From positions 124,001 to 188,000 of the forward strand of contig CAJNYD010000065.1 in assembly GCA_905331295.1 (NCBI GenBank): DNA of 64,000 nt, written 5' to 3'. Below, in pieces: positions 13,428 to 26,369 of the stretch (positions are counted from its first letter, which is position 1; the number at the start of each line of letters is the position of its first letter). The notes beneath the pieces are model-generated. The model saw only the letters and a program-made list of their open reading frames with translations. It searched no databases and was not told the DNA's origin. This DNA comes from Rotaria socialis. Lineage: Eukaryota. The translations under genes and the position numbers were made by a program.

Positions 13428-14193
13428 TTATTTTTTTTTAATAGCAGTGGGTCTTGTGGGTCGACTATCTTCAACAGCTCTTGATAATTCACTTATTCTA
13501 ATATCTTTTAATTGAAGAACATGTTCAAGACGACGAATTTTCGCATGAAGAATTTCAATATCTTCTTGTTGTTTTAAACATTGTTGTTTTATTTCTTCAT
13601 AATCAAGACGAGATATATCTTTTTGTGGTAAATTATTTATTTTAGCTGATTTATTTGTTTGATTTATTTTTGATATTGATCTTGTTGTTGTTGAATTTGA
13701 TGTTATATGTGAAAGAGATGATTGACGTGGTGTTATTGTTGGATTTTGTTGATGTTGCTGTTGCATTTTTTGTTGTAATTCTAATTCTTCATCGATTTTA
13801 AGTCTTAAATTAAATAGAAGGACTTCAATAAGACCTGGTTTCCCATTAGAAAGACCATTTATAATAACATCTGGTAAATCGAGACCAAAATTTGATAAAA
13901 TTTTCTTATTTAATATTCCCCAATTAGCTTTTTTTTGTTGTAAAGAATTAGCTGGTGTATAATTATGCATTTCAACTAAATCAGGTAAATAGTAACGAAT
14001 GATTTCAGCAATTAATAAACCTTTGATAATTATAGAAATTAATTCAAATTAATTCGAAAATTTAAAAAAATTGAGAATTACCATCAGAAAAATCTCGTTC
14101 AATTCTTTTCTTTGGTCTTGATAACGGAAGACTATCAATCCATATATATAAGTCTTCTAAAAGACTTTCATCTAATTCCATTTCCCATGACAT
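13428..14193 (-). CDS. SPEF1: Sperm flagellar protein 1 (CH domain plus coiled coil), 2 exons
   Basis: LEDLYIWIDSLPLSRPKKRIERDFSDG/LLIAEIIRYYLPDLVEMHNYTPANSLQQKKANWGILNKK and C-terminal KIRRLEHVLQLKDIRISEL; intron 14081-14021. Confidence 0.92.
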
Positions 14194-14729
14194 ATTTCTA
14201 TTGTTGAATAAATAATTGCGTTGCTATTGATGACAACGATAACTTACTTGTTTCTCTTCTTCTATTATTATGATTAAAGAGCAGAAGAAAAAAAGAATTT
14301 TTCTTTTTCTTGTTCTTGTTCTCTTTCTTCTTCTCGTTACCTATGAGAATAAGTGATTGCTGCTGTTCAAGAAAACAGAAAAGAACTTAACAACAATATA
14401 TAAAGACAATCATCGATGGCAACCTTTTACATTGATTTTATTCCACGCGAGAAGAAAAAACCAACATAAACAAGAGTAAACGTCTTTTTAGTTTCAAATT
14501 CTTCTCGTTTTTTTCTAGAAAATCAAATTTCTCTTTTTTCCTCAATTACAAAAACAAAAAAACAAATAAATAAATAATATTGAATGAATTTCGTTTTCAA
14601 TAAAACTAATAAAAAAGAAATAAATATTAAATATTTGATTATAAAATTCATATTTGTTTCTTTAGAGTTAATCATATTAAAATAAATCGACAAAAGACTT
14701 AACTTTAATCAAATTATTATAATAAATAA

Positions 14730-15250
14730 ATGTGGAAACTTCGGATTTCATCCGAGAGCTATGTGTACTGCAAAAAATGTATGCGACATATGAGTCATTC
14801 TAGAATGCCTGAACACGAAAATTATCATGAGAAACTAGACAATTTGATTTCTGGATGGAGTTTTTGTGAATTTTGAGACGTTTTTCAGGCGATGTTTCGT
14901 TAGAAAGCTATGACTTAGTTCAAAACTAATATCAGATTTAGAATCAGCGTTAAAAACTGAGTCGATTTATATATGTTGTGAATAATTCTGAGAAAATTGT
15001 TTTTTTGAAAAATCCCTGTACTCCCCCTCAGGGATGGTCTGATCAAAAATGACAATTTTTTCGACAACTCAGCCATTTCTTGACGGATCCTTCTCATCTT
15101 CGAACTCGACCTAGATATTGATAAGACAATTCTGTGCACAAAATTTCAGCTCAATCGAATGTAATTGTGAAGAGTTATCGAATAAACGGACGGCCGGACA
15201 CACTGACCGATTCTATAGTGTACTCTTTTTTTTTTTTGAGTACACAAAAA
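14730..15250 (+). mobile_element. Non-autonomous Helentron/DINE-like (HINE) element, 3' end; left boundary approximate
   Basis: CGGACGGCCGGACA motif, CTATAGT, then terminal hairpin GTGTACTC-(T)n-GAGTACAC (15218-15245) and an A run; higher GC than the flanks. Confidence 0.5.
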
Positions 15251-16308
15251 ATGATTGTTTATCTTTGTCTTATTCTTTTGATAAAAACTCGTACTTTGCT
15301 TTTCTATGAATATTTTATCATCTCATTTTATTCATTTATGAAAATAATCAGAAAAATAAATTTCATTAAATATCGAAAGTCTATTGAACTTCGATAAACT
15401 ATTGAAATAACACGCGATATGCCGATGAAAGTGTATTCAATTTTTATTATCTGTTACGACAAATTAAATAGTTTCATAGCAAACATCAATAATATGCTAA
15501 GTTTTTTCTTGTAGCTGTTGAAAATCTTCCGTTCATAAAATTGTTTTTCTTTAATCTTAGAAAAATGTCTCTCTTCGTTGATTAATAATTGTTTAGTTAC
15601 GATTAAATGAATATATATTTTTATTCTTTTTAATCAATTCTGTTGAAATAATATTTGAAAAAAACAAATTTTTTTCAATTATATCGATTTCAAATTTCAT
15701 AGTTGTATAGATGATTTTTAATAGATATTCTATTCTATAGATCAACTTTTCTTCAGCTCAACATGTTTAGTAATAATTTACCGTTGTTATTTTTACTTAG
15801 AAAAGAAAATTTGTTGAACAATAATTTCTTTAGCATAATAAAAATTATTTGTTTGTTTTTTTCCAATGAAACTTTTTTTCATTTCATTGTAATCTACTTT
15901 TGAGTTTAGACATTGTCTGTTCAATGTGAGATTGACTAATAAATATGAACAAGACGCATAATTGACGTAAGATATAAATGTTCATTGTTACGGTTGAATT
16001 GTCATTGCATAGTGTTCACTCAAAGACGGACAATAATGATAGATGAGACACATGAGATGGTACATACATTAAATTAGAGAGTATTGACAAGAGAGACCTA
16101 TGTAATAGTGCAATAGAGCGTGACTGAACAACGAAAAAAGAAAGAAAAAGAAGAAAAAAGAAAGATAGTGAATAAAATATTGTTCATTTATTCATTTAAA
16201 TTTGTGTGTCTATTCAGTTCGATTGTGTGTTCATCATAAGACAGACTGGCCGCTGATAATAAATCTTCGTCTCCTAGTACAGCAAGTAGTGTCGAAATAT
16301 ATACAGTT

Positions 16309-16788
16309 ATGGGTTTATTTAATAGTGGAAAAAATGAAAAAGTTGAGAAAGTGAGTAAATATGAACGACATTATAATGTTCCAAAAAATTCATCACATCG
16401 TCGTTCATCAAAACATCGTTCAAATCAAGGTGAATCTGCTCCTCCCGTTCGAGCTATGTCTCAACCACCATTAATGCGTTTTGGTGCTGGCTATTTTCCA
16501 CCAACAAATGTATTTAATCCAGCTATGGCTCCTAATGTTCTATCTCAAATGCGATATCCAATGACACCTTATGATTTAAGCAAATATCCATCACCAACAA
16601 CCTATTCAACGAATCCATTTAATGGTGCTCAAATGGCGCCAATCAATCTATCACCTATTTGGAATAATGGAATGCCATTAGTTAATAATCGATCGGCATT
16701 TCAACAACCATTAAATGATTATCAACAAGTAGCTTGGCCTTTAATGACTCCATCAAATAATGGATATATGCAACCTATGCAATTTTAA
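16309..16788 (+). CDS. Hypothetical 159-aa protein with basic N-terminus and Pro/Met/Asn-rich C-terminus
   Basis: Uninterrupted ATG-initiated ORF with coding-like composition in AT-rich DNA; AATAAA shortly downstream. Confidence 0.65.
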   Translation: MGLFNSGKNEKVEKVSKYERHYNVPKNSSHRRSSKHRSNQGESAPPVRAMSQPPLMRFGAGYFPPTNVFNPAMAPNVLSQMRYPMTPYDLSKYPSPTTYSTNPFNGAQMAPINLSPIWNNGMPLVNNRSAFQQPLNDYQQVAWPLMTPSNNGYMQPMQF

Positions 16789-17875
16789 ACTTATTTCAAT
16801 CTTCGCTTTTTTCGTTTTCTTTTTCTTTTTCTTTTTTGAACACTTATTCTAGTAGATTTTCATTTAAATAAAACAAGATAGTTTAAAAAAAAATATGCAT
16901 TGAACCTTGACGAGTGGCCTCTCTTTTTATTTTAATTAGAAGAAAAAAGAAAAGAAAATGAGAATACGATAAATGTTTGATGATTATTATAGTTTAAATT
17001 TGACATTTATTTGTACCGATTTCGAATAAAAGAAAAAACTGTCCATTATTGAGAACATTATTCAATAGAAATGATCAATTAAATAAATTTTGATGCTTTT
17101 ATCATATTCTAACGAATATTTCTTTCAACGGATATTTACAATTTATCATAATTAACCAACAGAAAAACGAAAACCTTGTACAAAAATACTAAAAGAATGT
17201 TTATCCATAATTTCATAATGAAGAATATTATAATAATTATTTCTTTGTTATATACCTCTCGACAGATTATACTTTTTAACATAAACTATTTGTCATTAGT
17301 AAGAAAAGTACGTAAATAGAATAATTTAAAAACAAAATCCAAGTTTTATAACTTTAGAAGCAAACACATCTGTTATAGTATATAGATTATAAAGAATAGT
17401 TCCTGATATTGTTACATAATTTATATCGCAAGATTTTCATCTATACATTGAAATAAAATTTTAAACCGCACAGTATTTTAACTGTTTTTCATAATATAAA
17501 TTTTAAATTTTAGATTTTTTGTGGAAATTAATTCGATAAATAAATTTTATATTGTAGAAAATAGTCTATAGAATAATTTATGAAAATTTAATTGATATAT
17601 AGCATAACCATTGATTTCTTCTTTAAAATTAAATTGTGGAGAAAAGCAAATAACAAATCAACAACGTTTTTAAGTAGACAAACTAATTTTCTATGGAAAA
17701 CAGTTTATCAATAGTAATATATTGAAATAAAAATCTGAATTGTTTTAACTAAAAAAAGATACTAACTAACTATTAAATGTTTCAATTTGAAGAAAATATT
17801 TTTTTTCCATAGAATCAAAATAAATATTTATTTAAAAGAGAAAAAATAAATAAAATGAATAAAATATGAATTGTT

Positions 17876-20800
17876 TTAATGTAAAGTCGAAAAGGGTATG
17901 GACAGAGATTTTTTAATTTGATTTTCAATTGAATTTGACTTTGGCGCAGTTAGATAATTTCGTGAATAATTTTTTAATTTTTTTTCTTCATGTGAAAATT
18001 TTCTTCGTGATGAATTTAAAGGATTTTTAATAAAAGATTTTTTAAATTCGTCATGTAAATGTGATAATGAAGATTTAAAATCAATTTTACGATTTGGATT
18101 CGAACATACTGATGATGAATCACTTTCAGACGATTCATCACTTGATGGTTGAGGTGTTGCACGATCGATTATGTCTTTTAATACAGCTGCATCACGTTTT
18201 AAATCGTATCTTGTTGATATTATTGAAGGATTTTTTCCTAATTTATTAAGTCTTTCAGCAGCAACAGATTCCATTGTTCTCCTCATTAATGGATACGATT
18301 CAAGAACTCGTTCAAATTGACTTGAATCTAAAGAATATAAATTACAATATGTTACGCAACGAACACCAGCTGTACGTTTAGCACGTGTTAATAAACAGAT
18401 TTCTATTTAAAAAATAAAAGAATTTCAATAAAGAATTTTAAAGAAAAATAAATGAAAAACCTCCAAAATAAGATCCATCCGATAAAGTTGTTAAAACTTG
18501 TCCATCGGATTTAATAATATCAACAACACCTTCTTGTATAAAATACATTTTATTTCCAATAGTTCCTTCGCAAATAATTTGATCACCAGGTTGAAATACT
18601 TCGAAATGTAATTGTGTAACAACATCAGAAACAAAATTTGGATCAGCGTTTGAAAAAAATGGAACTGATGATACAAGTGACCGACAATTATAATTAACAA
18701 CATCCTTTTTAATTTAAAATAAAAGATATTTATTTTTCAATATTAAAGAGAAAACAAACCAATCTTAATCTTTCTGAAAGTTCATGTAAAATTGAATCTT
18801 CATGAAAGATTTTTCCTTGATAACGATGTTCATAATAATCGGATATTCTATTACGCATTTCACGAGGTAATTTTCTCCATGCCATATATTCTTCAACTTG
18901 TTTAAACTAAATATTTACTTCTTCTATCTATTTGTATTCATCAATAAAATACAAAAAATTACTTTTTCATTATATAAACGTCTCGATGTATCGAAGCTTT
19001 GAACAAGTGCTGAAACATGTCCAATTGTAACTGCATAACACATGGCTCCAATAACTAAATAATATCCAAGAAAAAATAAAAAATAAAAAAATAAATTCTT
19101 AGCAGAATAATTTACCCATGGAAAGCATAGTTAACCACATATCAACATAACTTTGAGGTGGATATCGACCGTAACCAATACATAACATATGTGAAAGTGC
19201 TTTAAACAGAGCAACTGTATATTGTTCTGTCCATGGAGCTTGTTGAAGACCATTGAGTGCAACCCAACAGTCGGATGGAAAATTTTGAAACATTGGAATC
19301 ATAAATTGTAAACATCCATTCCAATGTGCCAATAATATAATTAATGCAATTAAATTAAGAATACGCATAACCATACTAGCTATTGATAAAAACTAAACAA
19401 ACAAATAAATTTTTCATTGATTTCCGGTAAAAATAGTGTTTATAAATATATATTAATGAAACGTGATTGAACATATTTTTCGAATAAACTACTAAAGAGA
19501 CAAACCTCTTCCCATTGATGAATATATCGAACAAGACGTGATAATCTAAGTAATCTTAATAATGAAAGTAATTTAACAAGTCGAAGAACTTTAATAGCTC
19601 GACCAGTTCTCGCTATGCTATAACCACCTGAATGATCACCAGTATCAAAAAATAGAAATAAATAATCAATTGGTAATGAACTAAGTAAATCAACCACAAA
19701 CCAAGTTTTAATATAATGCATTGCTATTAAACGTGGTTCAAGTATAATTTCATCAATATAATCATTTCTTAATACACCTAATAGAAATCGAGAAGAAATT
19801 TAATTTTTTTAGATAAAAATAAAAACCTGTTCGAAAATTGACAACAATATCAAAAAGAAAAAGAGCATCAGAAATAACATTAAATATAATCCAGCGTGCT
19901 GAATTTATGTCTTCACTAAAAAAAGCAATAGCGACTGGTAAAACAATAACATTCGTTATTAATAATATTAACATAACTAAATCCCAATAAAAACTAAACA
20001 ATTAAAAAGAGAAAAAGAAAATACGAGAAAAAAGAAAGTAATGATATATTTACCGAAAGTTTGAACATGGATGTATTATACAATGACCTGATCGTTGTTG
20101 TCTTAAACGTTCTTTGAGTACACCTTTTTTACTTCCAAATAATTTCATAGCTAATTTATTATCGCTTGGTTTTAATAGATCCATAAAATAATTAACTATT
20201 GTTGATGTACCTTTTAATGATGTATCTAGACTAGATCGTTTTTTGTTAATTATATGAACATGATCAGGTGAATAGATTTGATCATCATGTAATGAATTAT
20301 CTTTTTGAATCAATTCATTTATTGTCGATTGAGGTTGAATTGTAACTGTTATTGGAGGATTTGTTGGTAATATAAATTCACCTTGAACTGTATTTTGATT
20401 GATATCATTTTTATTTTCATAACGACGACGATTATTTAATCCAGCTGTTAATAAAGGTAAACTTAATTTGATTTTTGTTGTTGCTGTTCGAATTTGTTGT
20501 TGATTAAATTTAAATAAATTTGAATGATTATTTTCGTATAAATATTGATTTGGACAATGTTCTTTAATTATATCAATTGATTGATGACTTGATAAATTTT
20601 TAAAAGAAATTCCTTTTTTCTCAATAGAATTATCATTCAATTTTTCATTTGTTCTTTTATCGAATGGAAAAGATTTTTGGGTTAATAATTTTCTTTTTGA
20701 ATGTTTTACTGTGGATAAATTATTAAGAGACGAATAAGATTTAAATAATCTTTTATTGGAAAGAGTTTTTTCTTTATTTGATGATACATCTGGTAAAACT

Positions 20801-21222
20801 ACTAATGAAGAAAAATAAGATCGTGCAATATTTTTTCTCAATGATGATGATGAGGAAATATCACAGATGTTTTCACTTCTATTATCGTTCAAGTCTTTTT
20901 TACTTTTAATCGTTTCCATATTATGATTTTGACCAGTTTTATTTTTACCTAAAATATTAATCGTTAAACTTCGGCTTTTAATAAAATTGAATAATAAAAA
21001 ATTCTAACCTGTTTGACTATTTCTATAACGTTCATTGGAATCTATTGATAAATTTCTATTGTTATTATTTTCAATAGAATCTTCAATCATATTTGATTGA
21101 TCATTTAATACAATAAGATCATTTTCTATATTAAATTTTTCATTGTTTAATGATTCATATTGATTCATTTGTTCAAATTCTTGATTGTTTATTATTGATC
21201 CACTAGATGATCTTTGAGACAT
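17876..21222 (-). CDS. HCN: Hyperpolarization-activated cyclic nucleotide-gated cation channel (multi-exon)
   Basis: [33 protein letters not shown]4 segment [16 protein letters not shown], pore HMLCIGYG, C-linker and [26 protein letters not shown]; an upstream acceptor at ~21232 suggests a further 5' exon. Confidence 0.95.
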
Positions 21223-21414
21223 CAACGAAACCTAAAATAGACTCATTAGATTCCCAAGAGTGTCATTCGATTTTTGCTCTCTCTCCCTCTCACTAGAGTC
21301 TCTCTCTCTATCGCATTTCTAAGATAAAATGTTGTCGGTTAACGCTTTCACTAGAGTAGTGATACTTACTGATGCATGGATGTGTGCATGTCTTTTTTTT
21401 CTTCTTCTTCTCTC

Positions 21415-21418
<4 letters not shown>

Positions 21419-21452
<34 letters not shown>
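21419..21452. repeat. (AT)n microsatellite
   Basis: Run of AT dinucleotides. Confidence 0.95.
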
Positions 21453-21454
<2 letters not shown>

Positions 21455-23155
21455 TATTTCGGGTTTTCCCTATGTTATAATTGATGTATATGGATGTGTG
21501 TTTGTGTGAGTCTACAGGCTAAAAACATGTTTCTGCTTTTTCCTCTTGATATTTCTATGAGAGATAAATATGAGGTAGCTATAGATGATCTAGTAGAGAT
21601 CATTTTCATCAATAGAAATATATCTATGAAAAAAAAACAAAGAAGACCAATGAAATAATTCGATTAACAATCGAAGAATAAGCAACAGCTGACTTCCGGC
21701 ACTTGTTTGTCACGCACTAATAGAAAGTAGAAAAGCATATGTCATTAATTTCAATAACTCATCCGAATATGAAACATTAGAGAAAAACAAAACTAATATC
21801 GATTTTCTTTGTCCTAGTTTCTATACTAAATCAAATATGTCACCTCTATATACGTCTATATATTCTATTGATTTCTCTTTTGCTGATTGTAAATAAGAAG
21901 AAGAAAACAAAACCAACATCCTAATTGAATATTTCAAATGACATGAACACAATGTAATCAAGCAAACTAAACTCACTAATTTGTAATCTTCTACTACTCA
22001 TGATCATCATCTAGTTTTTCATTATAAGCAATAGGAAAAAGCTCGTTTCTCTCTAGACTTTGTCGGGAACCAAACACTAAAATCATCATCAAGCTTGTTC
22101 CTTGTCATTTCCGCTTTAATTGTGTTTTGAACGAGGAGAATAACGATGATGATGATAATGATAATGATGAGATAATGAGAGATGATGATGACGACGGCGG
22201 CGGCAACAGAACACCAATTCGAAGCTTACAAATAACAACAAAAAAAAGCAGAAGAAGCAGATGAAGAAGAAGAAAAAAAGAGAGAAAAACGCAGAAGATG
22301 AACAATTAAACGAGTCGTCAATCATTTACTCAGTGAAGTAAAGCAACTAGTTCAGACAACATGTTTTTCCTGTCTAGTTTCTTTTTTTTTCTTTTGATAT
22401 GTTAAAATAAAAAGAAAAGAAGAAACAAAAAGGAAAAAGAAAAAGAAACAGAAAAAAAAGAAAGAGATGATGTTGGATAGGTGATGACAGCAATAGCTAA
22501 AATAAGATCTTCGACACCTCTTACATTGAATCATGTAGATGACAGATAAAGTTATAATACTCTAGAAAATCATCTAGATTTAACTTAAATAATATTAGAT
22601 TTTATCGTAAGTTTTATCAGGCAAAGAAAAAGAACAGAATTTGGATCAAAACGAAATATTTGAAACAAAACTACATATTCTATGAAAATCTAAAAGAAAT
22701 TTTCAATAACTTTTTACCTGTTACCGATAATAAGAATATGTTTTTGTTCTTTATTTTTTCAATGTAATTCAAATGATTCCCGATCGTTATTTCTCGTCTT
22801 TCGATTGATGAATGAGAAAGAAAAAAGAAACAAGAAACAAGAAGAAAACTGAGAATAGTTCTTTTTTTGCTTCCGTGACATTCCCAAATCGGATTGCATG
22901 GCGAATATTTTTCATGATAGAATCTCTACAAATTGTTTAATGTTTTTTGACACTACCGGAACTGAATCTTTTCATGAAGAGAGAAAGAAAAAGTTCTTCA
23001 TTGTTTTCATAAAGAAAGACTCATTTTCAATTTAATATTTTCACTATTTGTATTTCTAATTAATAACGCCAATTTGTCAGACTAAATAATCAGCTGCTTG
23101 TTTATTTAAAACAGAAAAACAAAAGAAAAAAACTTTAATTTAACGAATTTTTTGT

Positions 23156-23605
23156 TTAAGCACAAGTAAAAACTTGTTTTCCAACGCCTTTTCCACAACC
23201 ACCAGCATTATATTTATGAAGGACTTTTGAACCTTTGATGATTTTTCCGCAACCTATTTTAAGAAGAAAAAGAAAAAGAATAAAATGAAAATGAAGATGT
23301 GAAACTATTTGTGTATTAGCCTGTATTAGCATAATTTTGAACCATATCTTGGCATGCTTTTTCACAATTGATCATTGCTGGATTGTTACATGTACAAAAT
23401 GCACAACTTGAAACTTTCCATGTATGAAATGGAAAATGAACTGTATCAGAAACAGCTTTACATTCACATCTATTGTAAATAAATTTTAAAAAAATAAGAA
23501 AAAAATTAATTATTAAAAATCTTACGTGCGTCTCATTCCACCCAGAAAAGATTTTGCTGGTAAAAAAACTCCAGCAAAAAGAATACACAAGAATAAGTAA
23601 TGCAT
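23156..23605 (-). CDS. Small secreted Cys-rich protein, 108 aa (exons 23605-23526, 23469-23321, 23253-23156)
   Basis: MHYLFLCILFAGVFLPAKS signal peptide and 10 Cys in the mature part (CECK...SCAFCTC...NCEKAC...GCGK...GGC...FTCA); second intron requires a GC donor. Confidence 0.75.
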
Positions 23606-23790
23606 ACTTAAAGGTTATTTTATTGTAAATGCATCTCTCTTGTGATATACGATATTTATACATATGAAGAGTATTTCTTATCTTTCAATCAATCTGACAT
23701 GACAAGTTTTTTTTTTATTATAAGATAACATTCTTTTCTCGTTCGACGTTTTATTTTTTTCTCTGTTCGCTTTTCTTGCATTGAATATCA

Positions 23791-24099
23791 ATGAATCAAC
23801 GACTAGTATATCTTTTGATTATTTTTATCGCTATTGAACAAGTTATCAATATTCAAATAGAACGTAAATATTCGTTTATTTGAAACTAATATTTTCTATA
23901 GGAAAATAATCTTTTTTTTTTATCTTAAGATCGATTTCGTCGTGAAACAGTATGGAAAACAACACAAGTTCTGAATTGTATTCGACGACTTCGATCAATT
24001 ATAATTCGCCCTTCAAAACTTGATTTATCAACAGAAATGTTAAATTGTCTTCAACAAACGAAAACAAATAAATCGAATAAGAAGCTAAATAAAACTTAA
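23791..24099 (+). CDS. Putative secreted prepropeptide, 80 aa (exons 23791-23863, 23930-24099)
   Basis: MNQRLVYLLIIFIAIEQVINIQIEHRFRR-ETVWKTTQVLNCIRRLRSIIIRPSKLDLSTEMLNCLQQTK...; 66-nt GT-AG intron keeps frame; signal peptide, RFRR site, 2 Cys. Confidence 0.6.
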
Positions 24100-24683
24100 T
24101 TTCTATTCTATTCTTTTATATGAATTATAATTGCGTTGTGTTCCTTTTTCATTCAATTAGTTTAGTATTGAATGATATCTTATTATTTGCTTTCTGTTAG
24201 AAATGAATCTAATAGAAATAGATACATAATACTTTACAGTTCATTTTATCCGATCGTGCTTTATCTTAATACACATCTTGAAATATGAATTTATTAAATA
24301 ATTTTAAATAAATATTAATATTTTAGAGTGATTCGATGCATAGTGATTAAATTTATTAAATTTATCCATATGAATAAAGTTGCTATCTAGATAGAATCAA
24401 CTCGATTGAAAATAATGATTAATACTTCGATAAAGATAAATTTTTTAGTTTCTCAATTTCATTTTTTGTTTATTCAATAAGAATTATTAAAAAGAAAAAT
24501 GGTTGTTTACTTTATTTTTAACAAAAAAATCAATTTTCAAAAGAAATCTTTGAAAAACTATTATAAAGAAAATCTTTCGAAATAGAGATATATCTTATGT
24601 ACTTAATTAATTATGGTAAACATTTGTTTCATTCGATTAAAAATATAATTCTATTGTAAATAATTAATTAAGATAAAAATCAA

Positions 24684-26090
24684 TTAAAGTGAATTAATAA
24701 TGTATTGTGCAAATCTTTGTCCAGCCTCAATAGCGCCTTCAATATAAGTTATCCATTCTAAAGCACTTTCAGTACTAGCTAACCAGATTCTGTTATTGAT
24801 CAACGATTGATTTCTATGAAACCATTTCGAAGATAAACTTGGCGAATAAATAGCAGCATAACAACCTTTACTTAAACTTTCTTTTGGCCAATATTGTATA
24901 AATGTTTTTAATGGTTTTTCATTAATGTTATAAAGTAACTGATATTGTTCAATAATTGATTGAATAAGTTCATTTTCATTTTTATTCAGCCATAACGAAC
25001 AGTCATTTCCTAATATTAATCCAATAAGTCCATGTGGATTTTTTAATTCAAATATATTTGAACAAGGTCCTTGTTTATTCGACTGATTTATTTTTCTATC
25101 TTTCCAATAAGGTTTAGAATAAATAAATATTGTTTTAATACATTGCCCCGCTATCATTGAAGAAGATAAATAATCTAATTCGATATTTGGAATAAATTTT
25201 ATTGGTGAAATTAATGTTGATGAAAATGCAAGAAGAAGACGTTGACATATTATTTGTTTATTTGAATTAAATTTTAAAAGAATTTTATCATTTAAACTAT
25301 AATCAACTGATATAAGTTGTTCGTTAAAACGAATCTCTTGGTTATTAGCTAATTTTAAACAAAGACTTTCAGTTCCATATTTTATTTTATATTGTTGTGC
25401 GCCATTGAAACCATCATCAAGTGTCTTTAATCCACCAGGTATTGAACGAATAAATATTAACCAATATAATAATGAAACATTTTCACAATCACATGCTTTT
25501 AAGAAAAAAATAAAATAAATGAAAAACAAATGTTTTTAGTTACATATTTTACCTGTTAATGTTAATATTTGAAGTTTTAATTCTTGCTTGATTCTTAAAT
25601 CATTAACTAGTTCATTTTGTTCAATAAATGTTTTTAAAGAAATTTTATCCCATTGTGAAGATTTTTCATATAATAATGCATTTTCTACGTTTTCAAATTC
25701 TAAAGCCATACTATCCCATTGATTGTAAATTTGATTAATTATATCTAATTGTTCATTATTTAAAGGTTTTAAACCAATTAATTGACCTAAATAATTTGGA
25801 TTTTCATTAAACCACGTTTGTTCAATTAAATCAATACTATATTCTCTAATAAAAGAAAAGATTCTCTTTTGATTTTCTGTAATCCATTGTCCACCTAAAT
25901 CAATTATTAAGTGATTATTATCATCATCATCATCACATATTTTCTTAGTTAATGTTCTACCACCAAGACGTGATCGACCTTCAATTATTACAGATTTAAT
26001 TGATTTCGACAAGAAGTATTTCGCAGCTGAAAGACCAGTAAAACCAGCGCCAACAATAACAATATCAATATATTCTATAGAATTCATCAT
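24684..26090 (-). CDS. Flavin-containing monoamine oxidase-like protein, 449 aa (exons 26090-25553, 25495-24684)
   Basis: FAD motifs IVIVGAGFTGLSAA, EGRSRLGGR, DLGGQW; SKGCY matching the MAO SGGCY motif; ASTESA..W..YIEGAIEAG; 57-nt GT-AG intron. Confidence 0.9.
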
Positions 26091-26337
26091 TGTTTTTTAT
26101 TCGAATACATGACTAACTTTCTCTATCCTCTAAACATGTTTATCGTTGTCTATCTTATAAAAAGAAATGAAACGTCTCGTGGTGGTGTTCTTCTTCTTCC
26201 TTTTCTCCTTCTCCTCTTGAATAAAAACAAATCTTTATATTTACATATATTATATTCAATTTTTTATATTAAAAAAGAAAAAATTCTAGGTTTTTGTTTT
26301 TGGAATGATTAAAAAACGGTAAAAATAAAATAAAATT

Positions 26338-26352
26338 GGACAGTTGCATCAT
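26338..26352 (-). promoter_or_regulatory. Distal arm of putative long-range RNA duplex, copy A 3' UTR: AUGAUGCAACUGUCC
   Basis: Lies 17 nt after the terminal TAA; perfect complement of the segment starting 8 nt after the internal UAG. Confidence 0.6.
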
Positions 26353-26369
26353 AAACTAATAGTGCAGAT

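Noticed and set aside
22105..22534. Phe/His/Ser-rich short ORFs upstream of HCN
   Set aside because: Translations of GAT/GAA low-complexity tracts; no credible splice link to HCN found
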